Assembly (NCBI GenBank): GCA_013239625.1
Contig: MU053561.1
Coordinates: 2,434,283-2,498,282, forward strand
DNA: 64,000 bases
Source: Lama guanicoe
Lineage: Eukaryota
Direction: 5' to 3'
A model generated the notes under the pieces. That model ran no database searches. It was not told where the DNA came from and saw only the letters and a list, made by a program, of their open reading frames with translations. Position numbers and translations under genes: made by a program. Positions 51,865 to 64,000 of the stretch are shown piece by piece. Numbering within the stretch: position 1 is the first letter of the stretch; every line of letters begins with the position of its first letter.

Positions 51865-54535
51865 AGGTATTTCTTGATTTCTTCAGTGACCCATTGGCTG
51901 TTCAGTAGCATATGGTTTAGCCTCCACATGTTTGTGTTTTTGCAGTTTTTACCTTGTAGTTGATTTCTAGTTTCACAGCACTGTGGCTGGAAAAGACACT
52001 TCGTATGATTTTAATTTTCTTAAATTTGCCAAGGCTTGTTTTGCAGCTTAGTATGTGATCTATCCTAGAGAATGTTCCATGTGCACTTGAAAAGAATGTG
52101 TGTTCTGTTGCTTTGGGATGGAATGTTCTATAAATAACAATTAATCCATCTGGTCTAGTGTGTCATTTAAGGCTAGTGTTTCCGTATTGATTTTCTGTCT
52201 GGATGATCTGTCCATAGATGGAAGTGGGCTGTTAAAGTCCCTTACTATTATCACTGTCAACTTCTCCCTTTATGTCTGTTAACATTTACTATGTATTTGG
52301 GTGCTCCTATGTTGGGTACTTATATGTTTGTTGTATCTTCTTCTTGAATTGACCCTTTGATCATAAAGTTCTTCTCTGTCTCTTATAACAGTCTTTATTT
52401 TAAAGGCTATTTTGTCTGATATAAATATTCCTATATCCTGGCTTTCTTTTGATTTCCATTTGCATGAAATACCTTTTTCCATCCCCTCGCTTTCAGTCTG
52501 TATGTGTCTTTAGACCTGAAATAAGTCTCTTGTAGGCAGTATATGTATGGGTCCTGTTTTTGTATCCATTCAGCACCAGTTTTTATTTCTTTCTTTTGAC
52601 TGGAGCATTTAGTCCATTTACATTTAAAGTAATTGTTAATATGTGTGTTCTTATTGCCACTTTGTTAATAGTTTGGGGGTTGTTTTGTAGGTCTTTTTTG
52701 TCCTGTTGTTCTCTTGTGATTTGATGACCATCTTTAGTGTTATGTTTGAATTCCTTTTTCTTTTGTGTGTATCTAGTATGGGTTTTTGGTTTGTCATTAC
52801 CATGAGATATTTATATAGCAATCCATATATATATACATATACATATTTATAATTAAGTTTCTAATCCCTTAATTTCAAATGCATTTTCACAACCTTGCAT
52901 TTGTACTCTCCTCCCCTTGCAATTACTGTTTTTGATATCATATTTTACACCTAATTATTTTGTGTGTCTCTTAACTGTTTGTTGAGGATACAGATGATTT
53001 TACTTTTGTCTTTTAGCCTTCCTACTACTAGTTTTGTGTGTGAGATGATTCCCTACCTTTATGCCTGCCTTTACCTGTGAGCTTTTTTCCTTTCATAATG
53101 TTCATGTTCCTAGTTTTGGCCTTTTCTTTTTATTTGTATTTTTCATTTCAGTTATTATATTCTTCATCTCTAGCTGGTTGTTCTTTATATTTTCTAACTC
53201 TTTGTTAAAAGCTGCTAACTTCTCTGTGTCCATCCTTCTCCCTAGTTCTTTGATCATCTTTACAATCACTGCCCTGAACTCTGTCTTGGGGAGATTGCCC
53301 ATCTCCACTTTATTTGTTCTTCTTCTGCAATTTTATCTTGTTCCTTTATCTGGAACATGTTCCTCTGTTGCCTTATTTTGCCTAAGTTCCTATTTGTATT
53401 TTTATGTATCTGGCAGGTTGGTTACATTTTCTGACCTTTGAGAAGTGATTTGTTGTAGATGTCCTATGCATACCAACAGACACATCTCTCTCGTCACCTG
53501 AGCTGTATGCTCTAGAGTTCTTCCCATGAAGGCTGTGTGGGTCCTTCTGTTGTGGTGGGCTGACTAGGTGGGAAGTCTAGTAGGCTTCGTTGACCCCCAG
53601 GCCAGTGGTTGCCAGGCCTTGCTTCATGTGGAGGCTGCCAGCTGCTGGTTGGCAGGGCCAGTTTATGAGGCAGCTGACTGTGGAACTCCAGGAGCCTTGG
53701 GCCTAGTGCTGTATCACTGGTGGGTAGAGTCAGGGTCCAGAAGACTCTGGTGCTGTTGCTCACCCACTGGTGGGTGAAGCCAGGTCCTTGGGTTAGTGCC
53801 AGTTGACTGGTGGGCAGAGCCAGGTCTTGGAGTCTGGTTATAAGACCCAGCTGGTATTGCACTGCTGGTGGAGGGGCCAGTTCCTAACACAGTTGGGTCT
53901 CAGGTCCAGAGTGTCTCAACGCTTGTGTTGACCTGCTAGTGGGCAGAAGCAGTAATCTGATAGGAGCCTGGGTCAGACCTACCTACTGATCCAGAAGAGT
54001 CTCTTGGAGAGGCAGGAGGCAACTGCACATCACCTTGGGAACACAGGCACTGGTGGCAGCCCTTTTGGGGAGCTCCTTCTACCATGTGGACACTGGTGCT
54101 GGCAAGAGCCATTGTGGGATTCTCCCTCTAGCTCATTAATGCCAAGACCTGACCCCACCCAACAGCCCTCTGATTCTCACAAAAGTAAGCCCAGCTGGCC
54201 TTCAAAGCCAAATGTTTGGGGGCTCATCTTCCTGGTGTGGGACCACTGGGCTGGTAAGCACCACATGGGGCTCAGATCTCACTCCTTTGGGTGACCCTCT
54301 GCAAAGTAATTATTCTCTAGCTCATGGATCACCCATTCGGGGGTATGGGATTTGACTATACAGTGAGTCTGCCCTTCCTACCTGTTTCATTGTGGTTCCT
54401 TACTTACGTCTTTAGTTGTACATCTTTTCTGGTAGCTTCAGTCTTTTTCATCAATGGTTGTTCTGCAAATGGTTGATTTTGGTGTCCCTGTGAGAGGAGG
54501 TGAGCTCAGGGTCCTTCTACTCCACCATCTTGGCT
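51865..54535 (-). mobile_element. L1 5' half (5' UTR, partial ORF1, ORF2 endonuclease region) in intron 5
   Basis: Starts CCAAGATGGTGGAGTAG on the minus strand; ORF1 peptide (MEMGNLPKTEFRAVIVKMIKELGR); degraded endonuclease peptide (IFISDKIAFKIKTVIRD); no 3' end. Confidence 0.85.
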
Positions 54536-56172
54536 AGGGATGTGTTGCTCTACTTTTCATTCCTTCTCCTGTTCTCCACTTACTGTGGTGCAGTGCACAA
54601 AAGCAGAATTCTCTGTGAGGAAATCTGCCTGTTTCCATCACTTCTGACCTCCATGATTGTCAATGGAGGAAGATTTCTCTGAGGAACTATCCCTTGAGGA
54701 TCTCATTAGTAGAAGCCCTTCTTTCCTTGTTTCCCACAATACTGTAAATGAGTTTTTAATATCCTGCAACTAGATAATCTGACCTACAAAATGTACCTTA
54801 TTTGTCTTTATTTTGTATTCCCTTAGAGTAATTTGCAATCTTTTTTTTTTAATGATTCATGGCATACATGTCACAGTTGGTGTTTGCATGCAGTACACAC
54901 ATGGTTACACATTGTTACCTGGTCAACTGCAGCTCCATCTCTCTCTCTCTAGAACTATAGAGGGATAACCTTAAATTAATTTTTTCAAGTAAATGAATAG
55001 GTCATACAAGAAATATACATAATAACCGATCATGACACTTTAGGTCACACACATTCCCTGGCTGAGATCTTTTTGCTTCTACCTAGGAGCCTGCCCCTAG
55101 TTCCTCTCTCAGTTCCTGTTTGCTCTGAGGATGGTCCTCTATCTCAAGGGGAGACTCAAGCCATTTTCTTTCACCCAGCAACCCATGATACCATGTGGTC
55201 TCAACAGACTATCATCAAACACAGAAAAACAAGCCCATTTCTGAACAAGAGATACACTCATGCAGTGGAAGGGAGACTGTCCATTCTCAATAAATGTTTG
55301 CTGAATGGCTGTAATGGTATCTTATTGCTGTTATTCTGTTATTTTCAGAATCCCAGGAATCTGCAGAACTATTTCACCACAAGATATGACCTACTTTTAT
55401 ATTTCTGGGGGGAAATGAATTCATGTTTGAGAAGTCTGGAGTGAAAAAATAAGATCAAGCAAGAAGCAGCCAAAAGCAACCCACAGAAGACTTCAATATG
55501 AACAAGATAAATTTATCTTCAAAGACATATATTAAAAGTTGGGAAAACAGTTCATCTGAACTAGAGAAGTGTATTAAGACTACTAAGTAAAATGCTTGTG
55601 GAGACATGTATATTCCCATATCTCAGGGACCTCCCCATAGCCATCCCCGTCAGGGGAGTGAGAAAATGGGATATTACATCTCTCTTGTCTCTGAATCCTT
55701 AGCTATATTGCTGTAATGTTGCTCTGAGGAAGTTCCTAGAAAGTTCTGATTGCAATATACACACATTTTATAATCCACAAATTAAACTGTGGTGGATCCA
55801 GTAAGCTGCTGCTAATCAGCTGCCACTTCACAATTCAGAGGTGGCTGCATTTTACTGATGGTTCAAATGATTCACTTTTCATTACAATGCAAAAGTGCCT
55901 TGGCACCTCCTCCCACCTGGCATATGTTTAGGATATGTGGAAAATGATTTTAACATAAAAAATGTTTACATTAGTTGGGTGACACTGATTTTCTAAATTT
56001 TTAAAAACAAACTGACGGCATTTTACTTCTCAGATGATGTTCCCCCTTGAATGGTCCAGGAAAGGACCGCTCATCTTGACTGCACGGGGCATCATGCCAT
56101 CACAAGGTTTGAGGTTTCTACTTTCTTTTCTGCATGGACAGTGATCACCTCAGCTCTCAACAGCATCTGGAG

Positions 56173-56397
56173 CAGTGGGACTCAAGCAGGGTAACTCTGC
56201 ACCACCCCAGGGGACATCTGAAAATTTTGGAGACAATTATGTTGTCAGCTTGGGGAGGGCTGGGGGTGCTCTTGGCACCTAGTGGATAAAAAGGACCCAG
56301 GGATGCTGCTCAACACTTCACAACGTACAGGCAGTCTGCCCACAAGAAAGAATTATCCAGCCCAAAATGTCAATCGTGCTGAGATTAAGAAGCTCTG
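56173..56397 (+). mobile_element. MER20 within the VTCN1 3' UTR
   Basis: MER20 motifs (GGAGACAATT, CCAGGGATGCTGCTCAACA, AAAGAATTATCCAGCCCAAAATGTCAAT); TSD ATCTGGAG/ATGTAGAG (6/8). Confidence 0.82.
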
Positions 56398-56998
56398 ATG
56401 TAGAGTAGAAAAAGATCTAGAAGAGAGGGGAGCAAACAAACCTGTTTGCTTCCTAAAACAGGCATTAGCCTTTGTTTCTTGGGCGGCTGCCTCAGCACAG
56501 AGCCAGGTCTCAGCTTCAGGCAGCCAAGAATTCCTGATGGGATTATCTTCAGCTGCCTGAGCTTCTACGTTCCTTTCCCTTCTCTACAAATCAAGTCCTG
56601 TGAGAGCGCTGCCTGAGTTCCATCTCACTCTGAACTTAGGTTTCAGGACCCCGCCTAGGCAAAATTCAGAGTAAGGCCAATAATAACATGTAACTTCCTC
56701 GAAACCCATAGACTTCTCCAAGCAGGGGCAATGAAACTTTGAACTGAGACCCTGAGGAACAAAACTTCGATGATGTTTTAAAAAAAAAAGAATGTTTCCA
56801 GCCTCCTTCCCAGACTTTTCGCATATTGACCGCTGCCTCCCTGGCACTTGGACTACTTCATTTTAGAGTTCACTAGAATGATGAAATACACATTCCCTGT
56901 GCTATTGTCTGTCTGGTTTTCAGAGGTGTAGGAAAGGGAAGATGGATAAAAAGCCATAGATCAGGATCTAAAGATTACCTAGCACATAACGGGCCTTC

Positions 56999-57004
56999 AA
57001 TAAA
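56999..57004 (+). terminator. Candidate polyadenylation signal AATAAA inside an L2 3' end remnant
   Basis: CCTAGCACATAACGGGCCTTCAATAAATGTTTGTTGAATGAATG is an L2 tail motif containing AATAAA. Confidence 0.45.
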
Positions 57005-60000
57005 TGTTTGTTGAATGAATGGATAAACGAATGGGAGGGAATGACGGGAGGCTGTGAGCATGCGCAAGGTGGCTAGGTCCTGTTTCTTAAGGAAACTGCA
57101 TTAGGCTTTACTGCCAGGTCTCCATCTGGGAAAATCAGTGGTGACAGTAGGCTCATGGCAGATAAATGTGGGAGAATAAGTATAGGTGGACAAACACATT
57201 GCTCTGGGATCAAAAAGTCTGACTTTTACTTCTCAGGAATTATCAAATTCTCAAATCTCAGAATCCTCTTTCCTAGTCCTTTCACCTTTTAGGTGAAGAC
57301 CTCAAGGCCCAGGGTAAAGGGGCGGTAACTGGCCATCCTCCGGCAATGTAACTTGCCAAAAATCACAGTGGTAGTTGGTGGAGGAATAAAATCTATAGAA
57401 AACTGAATTGCCAAAGGGAGAATTCCCAGGGGACTTTTGCAACAACTCTGCTACATTTCCAGCTTGTTCCCTATAGGCCTTCTGCAGGAAGAGAATAATG
57501 CTGAACCACACTGAGAAAGCAAACGGTGAAAGCAAGCATAACCACTCCCACCCCAGGTAACCTCACTGACCTTGTCGGGAACACAGTGTTGTGCACAGAT
57601 GCATTGTATGAGCTGAAGTAGAAGGACCAGAATACGATGTACATCACGATCATCAGGGAAGCTCAAATCTGGATGATGTCAGGAGCTAAGACATTTCAAC
57701 AAGTCAAACTTCAGGCAGCAGCACTGGCTACCACCTGTACCCAGACTCATTGTAAGTGCACAGTGACCCCAATCTGTGCATAAATTGGGGGATGCTGGGG
57801 CATCATTATTGCATAATAAGGCTTCTGCCCAGTGGCATGTGTGGTGTGCTTTGGTTCTATTAATGAAATTTGTAATTTCTAATCTCCCTCCAGCTGGTGA
57901 AGTCTCCATACATCCGACTGGCTACTCTAATTCAGCCTATCTTACTATTCACCTGAAGGTCTTGTTCCTTCTAACAGTGTCTTATTCCCTCGTTCACAGC
58001 AATCATCTCCAGGAGTTTCAGTATGGGAGCCATGAGTAAAAATTAACAGTCACCAAAAACAGAACTTTAGATATGCTCTCTTGTCTTTCTTTGAATTCTA
58101 CCTCCTTCAAGCAAAAATTCTTCTTTCCCCATGAAGCTGTCCCTGAATGGTCCGAGGCACCATGATTTTATTCTCTTCTTTAGTCTATATATGCAGTTTA
58201 ACACAAAAGCACACACTGTTTTGTCAACTGTTCTTCACTACTGAGTACTCGGAGACTTCCACCCTTATTCTGTCATCATTTTCAAAGTGTCCAAGTACTC
58301 AGCAATGAAGAACCATGACGACGACTAAATAAGGGTGGAGGCCCAGGTAGTCCTTGGAAGTTTGCTCTTAAAAGGGATCAAGCAGACACTCCTGGAAGCC
58401 TTGTTTTCTGAGTGTCTGCTGGGCCACAGGAGTTAAGTCACAGCTTAGAAGGGGGTCTGCAGTTATCACTACAGGAGTCTATGTCTTCTCAAAGTCATAA
58501 CCTGACTTTCAGCTTAGCTTCTCTCTTCAGCTCAACTCTAACTGCCTGGCCTAAGAAGTATCCTTAGCATTTTCAGTTATAAAGTCTCTTACCCAAAACT
58601 CTAAACAATACAAATAAGAACTTGATGGATACCTTAGTCCTATATCTGTTCTTCAGAATAAGCCAAAAGTGATGCTCAGTTAATCTAGCCTGTGAGCAGT
58701 TCATAGGAAACCAAGACCATGTCTTTTCTCTTTGTCTTCTATATTTGCAGCTACCAAGATTTATTTGCAGTCATTTATGTATCATTATAGGGAGAACTAT
58801 TAGGTTTTGACAGATAAAATTCCAGGACCTCACGGTACTTAATATGAGTTGGCTCAGATAACCGTATGACTCAAGCGGTGGGTCAGGTCTCACACCTAGG
58901 GTAGGTGAGACTGGAAATGCGACAGATTTACAGCATAAAGGGAGCAGTTTCTACTGAGAGGCAGTAGATACCCCATGAGAAGCCAAATGAGGCTCACAGT
59001 CTGCTGAGGACCTATTGAGAAAAAAGGCAATCGTCTTCAGTTCCTCTCACCTTCCCTTTTATTCATTTTCTTCCATACAGCTCAATCAGCTCTCCTCTGG
59101 GCCCTGAGTACTCTGTCTTTCCATCAAAACTCCCCCACATACACCACCTCCCCTGACCCTCACCACACACACAAAGCTCCCTGGTAACTAGCTACACAGG
59201 AGAAGGTAACGTACTGACTACTACCTTCTTCATTAACTTAATGTATTATCTTCCCAGGGAGGCAAATCCTCACTTCACTGAAATAAAACTGTGAGTGAAA
59301 ATATCAAACAAAAATATCAAACTAGTGGGAGATCCTTCGGGTATCAAAGTACAGACCAGTGATTCTCAGGGAGGGTGGAGAGGTGCCTTTTAACAGAGGC
59401 ATCACCACCTCCACCCCCATGGCTGGTGTTAAGAATCACCGTGTTACACGAGACATATCTGAAGAGAGTCCATTACCTGTATAGACATGTAACTGTTGTG
59501 GAAATTGGAGGCCCACTGACACAATCACCCCTTAGAGAAGGAATGGAAATCAAGTGCCTCCTACATCTTAAACATCAAACATCATACTAGGTATTTCTCA
59601 ATCAGTCCTTACTTTATAAGGTAGGTATCACCTTGACGCTAGCAACATCACCATCACCATCATTTTACAGAGGAGAAAACAGGTCCTGAGAGGTTAAGCA
59701 ACTCACCAAAGATCATACAGCCGACAGGCTGAAAAAGCATTCAAACTCAAATCTCCCATCACAACCCATACTACTCCTGAAAAAGTATGGACATGTGTAA
59801 AAGTGCCATAAAAAGTTTAAAACATCATATAAATATTGGCTATCATGTTCTTATATGTGTTAAACTATGAGGATTCATCGCGAACTCTTGGCTGCATTGC
59901 TCATGAAGCCCTGCAGCCGTCTGCAGGGAAGATCGGCCCCTCCCTGCACGGACCGCAATGCATTCTCCATTACCACTGGGTATTTTCCACCACCGCCCTC

Positions 60001-61159
60001 CCCTGACTCACAAAGGGCCTGGCAGTGAAATTGCAAGCCCCTTCCCAGCTTACTCTAAGAACACCACGCTGCCGTGTTCCCAACAATTCCTTGGGGACTA
60101 TCTCCAAGACTTCAGAAGACGGTTGTAATCTGCTGAGGTGAAGTCTTCACCAGATGATCCAAAATGTCTCCTGAGACCAGTTTATAAGTTCTATGTTAAC
60201 TGACCTCAAACACACCTGGAAAGAATAGGTTTAATTATTATAAATTCTTCCTTGAATCTACAGATGTTGAGTACTGGACTGCAGACGGTCCTGTCCACTC
60301 TGCCATGACCAACCATATTGCTTTTATATAATCAAATCTATCAATTTTTCCGCTTATTTCTTCTTTTAGTACTTATGTTTACATGTTTCAACATGATTTC
60401 TATACCCCTAGATTATATAAAAATGTCCATCTTCTCATTTTTTAATACTTTCATGTTTCTTTTTTAACACTTAAACCATTATTCCACCTGAAATTAATTT
60501 AGTATCATCTGAGGGAAGGGAGTTAACTTTTTTCAAGTGATTCTCTAATACTATTTATTAATTAACTTAGTGTCACCCCCAATAACTTTTTAAAATATTT
60601 TACTATATTGATGTTCTTATATATGTACTTGTATCTGTTTCTGAACTTTGATAACCTTTGAGACATACATTTTAACCAGTAATATGTATAGGAAAGGAAA
60701 AAGAATAGTTATTTGCAAATATATTTACCTGGCTAATCCCTGGAGATGAGTAAGAAAGAGACCAAAATAGAGGAAAAAATTAGAAGTGAATAGTGAGTGA
60801 TCAGAAGGGACTTATCAGTCCAGCGTGTAAACCCTTGTAAAGGCTTGCCCTGGTACATTAGGGCTTACCACTCCCCCGTAACGTAAGGAACAAGGAGTAA
60901 ACATGGTTAGACACAACCAGGAGAGAGATGCACGTGTTAGGAAAGTGCTTGGCTCCATTTAAACCCTCTCCCCACCTCAGCCATTTACGAGCCAGAGCAT
61001 TCCACCTACTTACTTTCAGGGTCAGGCCTAAGCCTACTCTGAACACATTCCTACTGTGAGCAAAATTATGTTGGGAGTCCCTGTCTCAGTAGTGCCTGCC
61101 TCATTTGGTAACTGTGACTATTAAAGAGAGAATTCATAAAAAACAGTTATTACACTGCC

Positions 61160-61513
61160 TGGCTGTGGCTGGCTCAAACAATAGAAATTTTCTCACAGTT
61201 CTGGGTGCTAGAAATCCAAGAGCAAAGTGTCAGCAGCTTTGGTTCCTTCTAAGGCCTCTCTCCTGGGCTTGCAGACGGCCACCTTTGCAGTGTGTCCTCA
61301 CATGCCCTTTTCTCTGTGCACTTGCATCCCTGGTGTCTCTTCCTCTTCTCACAAGAAAACCTGTAATATTGGACAAGGGTCCAGCAGTATTATTCCATTT
61401 CACCTTAATTATCTCTTTAAAGGCCCTATCTCCAAATACAGTCACATTCTGAGGTACTGGGGGTGGGAACTTCCACATATGAATTTGTGGGGGACACAGT
61501 TCAGTCCATAACA
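61160..61513 (-). mobile_element. MaLR solo LTR (MLT1A-like)
   Basis: GGCTCAAACAATAGAAATTTTCTCACAGTTCTGG ... CTCCAAATACAGTCACATTCTGAGGTACTGGGG ... GGGACACAGTTCAGTCCATAACA. Confidence 0.85.
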
Positions 61514-62165
61514 CTGGCATAAAAGAAGGAACTAATAAAAATTCGCTATTAAATGTGTTGGGCAGGGCAAATGAATATCAAGGCAGCCATCACAGGAAAG
61601 ATGACCAACTTAGCTTTTTTCCCTCCATATTCGACCAAGAATAGATGTTTAATGTTTGAACAGTTGGGATACAATAGAGAGCCTTGTCCAAAGAGCTGCT
61701 GATTCAAACCAGGTCAGAGGACACTTCAAGACTTGAGCACAATGGCTCAGCAGGTGAAGGAACTGAATTGGCTAATGGCCTCCTCAAACCACAGGTTACT
61801 ATTTTAAATGTTACAAAAGACCACAGAGCATGAAAAGATGAAAAATAAAACCAGTGTGGGTCCAATCTTCAAACGAGGAGAACTGAGTGACAGGAGCAGT
61901 TTGGCTCCATGAGACTAAACTAAATTGCCGAGTACTAAGGCCGTCTTTGGGCTAGAGGTAGATTACAATCTTCTCTGTCCTAAAGCTCTCAGAATAGAAA
62001 ATAGCTTTATTCTTTTCTGTCCTTCTCACTAAAATCCTTTTTGCAGTCCTCAAAGAGTGAAAACATCTCTATGTTGGCCAAAGTCATGCAAAAGGACACG
62101 AACAAAACAGTCATGCAAAAGGGACACTAACCCTAGTGCTACATAATGTAAAGGAGGCTTATTTG

Positions 62166-63340
62166 ACACCATATACAAAAATAAACTCAAAATGGATTAA
62201 AGACCTAAATGTAAGACTGGATACTTCTAAAACTCCTAGAGGAAAACAGGCAGAACACCCTGACATAAATCGCAGCAGTATCTTTTTGGATCCAACTCCT
62301 AAAGTGAAGTAAATAAAAGCAAAAATAAACAAATGGGACCTAATTAAACTTAAAACATTTTCCACATCAAAGGAGACCACTGACAAATGAAGACAACCTA
62401 CTGAATGGGAGAAAATATTTGTAAATGATGTGAGTGATGAGAGATTAATATCCAACATATATAAACAGCTCATAAAACTCAACATCAACAAAACAACCCA
62501 CGTGGCAGAAGAACTGAACAGGCATTTTTTCCAAAGAAGAGATGCAGATGACCAACAGGCACATGAAAGGATGTTCAGCATCACTAATCATCAGGCAAAT
62601 GCAAATCAAAACCACAATGAGCTATCACCTCACACCTGTCAGAATGGCTATCATCAAAAAGAACACAAGTAACATATGCTGGCGAGGATGTGGAGAAAAG
62701 GGAAACCTTGTACACTGTTGATGGGAATGTAAATTGGTAAAGCCACCGTAGAAAACAGTATGGAGGTTTCTCAAAAAAAACTAAACACAGAACTACCATA
62801 TGTCCCAGCAATTCCACTCCAGGGTTTATACCCAAAAAAACTAAAAACACTAATTCAAAAAGATACATGCACCCCAATGGTCAGAGCAGCATTATTTACC
62901 AACCTAAGTGTCTATCAACTGATGAATGAATAAAGAAGATGTGGTGTGAATACTACTCACCATAAAAAAACAGAATTTTGCCATTTGCAGAAACATGAAT
63001 GGATTTGGAGGGCATTATGCTAAGTGAAATAAGTCAGAGAAAGACAAATACTGTATGATATCAATTACATGTGGAATCTAAAAAAATATAACAAACTAGT
63101 GAATATAATAAAAAAAAGAAACAGACACAGATATAGAGAACAAACTAGTGGTTACCAGTGGTGAGGGGAGGGGAAGGGGCAGCACAAGAGTGAGGGAATG
63201 AGAGATACAAACTACTGGTTATAAGGTGGGTTCAGGGATGTATTATACAAACACAGGGAACACAGCCCATATTTTGTATTAATTGTAAGTGGAAAGTAAA
63301 CTTTAAAAATTTTATTACAATTTTTTAAATTTTTTTTAAA
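62166..63340 (+). mobile_element. 5'-truncated L1 (ORF2 C-terminus plus 3' UTR)
   Basis: ACACCATATACAAAAATAAACTCAAAATGGATTAAAGACCTAAATGTAAGAC start; TSD with core GGCTTATTTG at 62156-62165 and 63346-63355. Confidence 0.9.
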
Positions 63341-64000
63341 AAGAGGGCTTATTTGGGGGAAAAAAACTTCTAAGCAGATTTGAAGGAGGAGAGCCATCTG
63401 AGCTCTTATTAGAGTGGTATGCTTAGGCTGGGCATAGCTGCACAGGACTCATTAGGGTCAAGTGTTCAAGCAGAGAGCGGTCCACCCTCCCATCACAGTA
63501 GAGAGTGACCCTTCCCTACACTACTACTCTACTCTCTGTTTGTAGGAAAAGAAAGAGTAGGAACTTCCCTCAACTGGGAAAATGGCCTTGCTAGAAAGAG
63601 GATTCCCCAAAGCTCAGGTGCTTGTACTAGGTCGTTCTCCCAGGGGATTCCAGGGCCCTCCAGATGGGCACCTCGCTCAGTCAAGGAAAAGGAACAATCA
63701 TACTACCTACCCACCAGCCACCACAGGGAGGGTCAGGCAATCGTCACTAATACAAATGTCACTGGACTACTGATCAGGTGAAATGGTAGCACAAAGGGTG
63801 ACCAACTTTCTTTAAGAGCTTCCACGTGGGTATGGCCACACTGACCCAGCCCTCTGCCAGGCGTGGAAAGAAGAGGCCTGCAGGACTCTGCTCAGATTTC
63901 ATTAGGACCCAAGTTGTGATTTATAAACAAAAAAATCCTCTGGAGTTACACAGCCAGAAAGGGCCACGATAGTGGACCTCTAAGTTCTCTTTTGCAATTT

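Larger units (their letters stand above)
55357..57025 (+). other. VTCN1: VTCN1 last exon (non-coding 3' UTR); 3' end approximate
   Basis: Acceptor region TTTTCAGAATCCCAG/GAATCTGCAGAACTATTTCACCAC resembles the start of the human last exon as I recall it; similarity runs to about 56897; first downstream AATAAA is at 56999-57004. Confidence 0.75.

Noticed and set aside
17020..52500. The L1 in intron 5 contains roughly the endonuclease region missing from the intron-1 L1, suggesting one split element
   Set aside because: Each has its own different 5' UTR and ORF1 start, so they are separate insertions; the similar breakpoints look coincidental.
57578..57592. Steroid hormone response element-like GGAACAcagTGTTGT
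   Set aside because: It mismatches a critical half-site base, and single degenerate motifs are not informative.
1..64000. CRISPR arrays, operons or other prokaryotic-type systems
   Set aside because: The sequence is mammalian intron-exon DNA, and no regularly spaced repeat-spacer array was seen.

Overview
Mammalian genomic DNA, very likely from a camelid: four copies of a tRNA-derived SINE resemble camelid vic-1, and I saw no Alu, B1, Bov-tA or PRE1 copies. The window holds most of VTCN1 (B7-H4, a B7-family immune checkpoint ligand) on the + strand. Coding exons 2-5 are at 32167-32231, 42952-43299, 46346-46624 and 51233-51357 (exon 5 ends at 51402), and a non-coding last exon starts at about 55357. 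All have canonical AG/GT ends and join in frame. I could not find exon 1 (MASLGQ...), which is probably upstream of the window, so bases 1-32166 are probably intron 1. The rest is intronic or 3' flank and rich in transposons: L1 fragments, a near full-length deleted L1, an ERV1-type solo LTR, MaLR/ERVL pieces, MER20, MIR and L2. Almost all other ORFs in the track are repeat-derived or chance. I see no strong evidence for a new multi-gene system. The best oddities are a 40-nt tailless 5S rRNA retrocopy nested in an L1, a 170-bp inverted templated duplication in intron 2, a TSD-bounded L1 chimera carrying foreign 3' sequence, and a possible intron-4 read-through soluble B7-H4 isoform. Repeat family names and human comparisons are from memory and were not searched.
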